A stretch of DNA of 64,000 nt from Pocillopora damicornis. Taxonomy: Eukaryota. Location: contig NW_020846727.1 in the NCBI RefSeq assembly GCF_003704095.1, positions 372,001 to 436,000 of the forward strand, given 5' to 3'. Below the pieces are notes generated by a model, which was not told the DNA's origin, ran no database searches, and was given only the letters and a program-made list of their open reading frames with translations. This document shows positions 60,314-64,000 of this stretch, piece after piece. How positions within the stretch are numbered: the first letter of the stretch is position 1; every line of letters starts with the position of its first letter. The translations under genes were made by a program, and so were the position numbers.

Positions 60314-61585
60314 TACTAATCGAGGTGATCACAGTATCTAACTGGTGGTGTGGTTTAAGCTATAGCGTATGAAAAGTCGTTAGTGTTTCTTTAAAAAAAT
60401 GCACTCATAGCTGTGTTTAATAAGTCATTTTCATCTTAATTTACACACGTGTCAAGAAAAGTCTTAACCTTAATGTATGTGTTTTGTGTCCTCCTAAGGC
60501 ATTTGAAGAGTTTTGCTCTCCATTTGTTTTTGTTGTGTAATGCAAGTTTTATGACTGGTTGGTGCGCAAGATTTCTTTTTATGGTGGAGAGGAATAGAAA
60601 ACTTTTATTGTACTTTAGGCATTTTGTTAAATGTATGTAAATATTTTAGTATGGGATGTAGAATAAAGGATTTTATATCAAGTAAGAGGCTGATATGTTA
60701 TTTTTATTGTGTATAATTACTTATTATGCCGTCCCACTACAAAGAGTCACTTTGAGTTAACACCAGCTTTACTGGTCTAAAGTTCCAGCTTGAACTGCAA
60801 ATGTGCCCTGACTCTCCTATTGACAGGCCTACCTCACTGCTCCTCTGTCACTTTGCATTGCTATATATTCCTTCAAAGGCACTTAACAGTTAGAATAGAA
60901 ACAATAAGATGGAAGCTGATTTTCCTTTTTTTTCTTGAAGTTTGCACATACAACCAAAAACACTATTTTCAAATATTATTGAATTTTGTTTTTTTTTTGT
61001 ATCTCTTTGCACATGAGACATAAAACAAAAGTTTTTCCTTTGTTTGTTTGTACACAAACTGAAAAAAAAGAGAACTTTATTCTCATTTCTTCTGGTTTTT
61101 GTTTTAAGTTTGTACTTACAATGAAGAATTGGAAGCTGATTCTGTTTCTTCACTCTTTGCCTCAGGTAAGAGGTGAATGGAACATTATTTCTAAACTCTT
61201 GTTAAATTCAATTTATACCAAAATTAAATTTTAACTCTTGTTTTTGTTTGTCTTGCCTTTCCAGCTTTTTCTTCACTTACTGCATTCATTTCTCTCAAAC
61301 AATAACTCTTAAAGATATGTTATTTTTAGCTCTAGCCATGTCTCTTCTTGGTATGACCCTGTTTTGTGCATTTCTTTCTTTTTTTATGCTTTCATATAAA
61401 ATAATACTGATAATTCAACCAAAGCTTCCAGAATCCAGAAATCTTGTTCACTAAGCTTGTTTCTAAAAAAACATGGCTTCAGTGCAACATACTCTTAGCA
61501 AAAAGATAGCAAATCAGGCAGAGGAATACACAGGTTGACCTTTACTCTTATTTACAATGAGATTTGTTCCATCTTAAATGAAATG

Positions 61586-63457
61586 TCACATCCCCTGGCC
61601 TACAGACTGACCCATCTTCTTATCTGCCAGGGGCCCGACCTCCATGAATACTGCCATCTGGCGTTGATTGAGATTCATCCATTTTGTGCTGCACTTGTCA
61701 ATACATGATTCCTGATAAAAACAAATTATAATTTTAAAAAGTCCTGAGCAGAGTATATTGGAAGTGGTCAAATCTTGGTGAATTTTGGTCTATGGCCATC
61801 ATTCAGAAAACATGATGTCAAGTTGTATTTTTCTGAAACATTTTTCAAAAGTTTAAGTGAGCAAGATAGGCAATTTTTGGATGATTATGTTTCCATTGGA
61901 GAACTTGGCACTATTCTATGAAACAAGCCACAAATGAAAGGCGTGTAAAAGCTAGATGCATGAAATCAGTTGTCTTGAATGCAGTAGGTGATGAGTGGGG
62001 TCAACAAAAGATTTTTGGACTGTATCTGATTACATCTCAAGTTAACCAACGCACAAGAATGAATGTAAAATAAAATGCTCCTTTTCTTGGTATTTAAATA
62101 CCGTGCATTGCACCCCATTAGACCAACACAGACTTACTGCTTTTGTCACAGAAAGGGATTTAAGATTCATTCTCACCTCTTCTGCAGTAACTTTACGATA
62201 ATTCATATTTGTCACACAAGCAATAAAACAGTTCTGAGTAAGCTTGTTGTACAGCTGTAAGAATTCTTTATACTGAAAATAAATGAGAAATTGATCATAA
62301 ATTAAGTTATACATCTACATCAGGGACATTATTGGACAATTTACTCAGTTTAACTCATTCAACCATGATTGCTAGAAATATTTTAACTGCCCTGAGATGT
62401 AAGATAGCTCAACTGTAATAAAAAACGTTGTATTTATGGTCTTAATGTGGGTGTGCCCTGATCTGCAGGTTTACTTTAAAAAGTAAATAAAATAGTACCC
62501 TTTTAACGACCACCTCTTTACATTGTCCATCCTTCACTGACAAAAATAACCTCTTAGCAACAGCCAGCCATTCAACAACAGATAAAGGTTCTACAATGTA
62601 TACAGAACTTGATTTGAAATGCCCCTTTGTTTGAGAGATCACAGCAGAAATGATGTCACTTTATTGTGATATCAACTCATCACAAGTGATTTAACTTATC
62701 AGAGTAAGTTCAACATTTAAAGCTTACATAAAGTGCAATTATAAAAGTTTTGTTTTGGATGTTACTTCTTGGGTATATAACCAATTGGTAACCTGTCAGT
62801 CACCTGTCAGTAGCCTGTTGGTCATCTGTTGATCAACAGTCTGTGGATGTGTGTTTGCAGGGAGCTGTTCTTCGCAATCACCCAGAAATCCACTTTCTTT
62901 AACAAAAAAGGATATGAAGAGCATTGCTCTTCTAAACCTTAACTTTTTATATCTGCATTAATATGATCTGAGTTTAGTATGTAAATGCTACAATAACCAT
63001 TATGTGGAAAAAAATTTAACCTCATGTGAAATCTGGANNNNNNNNNNCAAATTCTTTTTTATAGTACTACTCTCCTTTGGGATCTGACACTGATTGTGAC
63101 TGCCTCTCATACGAAGCACTTTTTGCAAATGCCTCAATTTCGTAGTTTTTTCAATCTTCCTCAATCCGTTGCAACTGTCTGATCGGCAAGTAAAGCTATA
63201 CTAATATTTCAAGAGTAGTTTATTAAATTATCATATCCCTCCTGAGAATGAAAGATACCCAGTCATTTAGTTGATAAGTTAAAAAGAACTATGAACGTTC
63301 GAACGAGTACTTCACTGCACTTCGCGTTAAAATCTTCGAGTACAAAAATACACAGAAATCCAAAGAGCGCTTGTTCAGAGGAAATGGTCTAAATTTAATA
63401 TAGATGAAAATAACCTACGTTTCGAGCAGCTAATTCATCGGCTATGAACCTTTCCAT
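61586..63457 (-). CDS. TIMM10B: Mitochondrial small Tim chaperone, TIMM10B (Tim9-related)-like, 3 exons
   Basis: Exons (-) 63457-63419, 62272-62177, 61711-61586 encode MERFIADELAARN YKEFLQLYNKLTQNCFIACVTNMNYRKVTAEE ESCIDKCSTKWMNLNQRQMAVFMEVGP. It has the twin CX3C motif, and the RN..FL..YN / EEE.C / N.R.MA pattern favours Tim10B over Tim9. Confidence 0.88.
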
Positions 63458-64000
63458 AAGAGGTGATTCTTTGCTTTGTAAACCTGAAACTCAGCCCCAG
63501 CCTGTCCTCACAGTTTCTAATTTGACTTATATTCTGTTTAACAAAGATAAAAACCGGATAAAGAATGCAAAGCAATTCGATACTCAATTTTTCTGTGTAA
63601 AGACTGTTTTAAGGCAGAATTTATATTACTGACCCACGCTTCGTGAGGTGCTGAAACCTGCTCTAAGTAGGGTAGGGGATCGTCTGTCGTACCGAACAAG
63701 GGCAATGAGTGAACGGGAGATCGAGTCAGCAGTCCAGTCAGCAGCTTATCAACTGATCATGCGCGAATGGATATCTGGCAGTCTTGATCGCTGTCTATCT
63801 GTTATGGTTATTCCCGCCAAATTTGTGCTAAATTGGAAGCTAACTTGAGTCGGCAGGGTTTGGGAGCATTCCTTCAGTCATAAAAGTACGTTTAAAGAGT
63901 CACTCGTGTTTGTATTTCAAATGTAAAAGATATATTCGCAAAAATTGTATTCGTCGTTTTGTGTTTGGCTGAGCTCTCATACATTGTGTTCCCTTAGGTT

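Noticed and set aside
60449-61454. Hydrophobic ORFs between the cyclin and TIMM10B genes
   Set aside because: T-rich 3' UTR/intergenic sequence giving low-complexity F/L-rich translations with no motifs or splice support.

Overview
Eukaryotic, AT-rich, intron-rich animal DNA. The domain content and repeat types suggest a cnidarian, probably a stony coral; that assignment is inference. About 40 kb (5.3-45.0 kb, + strand) is one gene that I traced by hand through ~56 phase-compatible exons, about 3,300 aa by my sum. It encodes a giant LGR type-C (RXFP/GRL101-like) rhodopsin-class GPCR. Its ectodomain runs MAM, C-type lectin, PA14-like, MAM, LDLa x2-3, MAM x2, F5/8C x2, WSC-like, a MAM split by a pentraxin domain, CUB and 8 LRRs, followed by the 7TM. 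The cytoplasmic tail splices in frame into a protein-kinase-fold domain lacking the catalytic residues (HRD to HNN, DFG to NFG), giving a GPCR-pseudokinase fusion. A kinase-less isoform could arise by intronic polyadenylation. Downstream lie AGA (- strand, 12 exons), a cyclin I/G-family gene (+ strand, head-to-head with AGA) and a small-Tim gene, TIMM10B-like (- strand). Mobile DNA includes a decayed Polinton/Maverick-type polB, a young Gypsy element with 97-bp LTRs, BEL/Pao, Penelope-like, CR1/L2-like and RTE-like remnants, tRNA-derived SINE-like repeats and MITEs. All calls come from manual reading; no searches were run.
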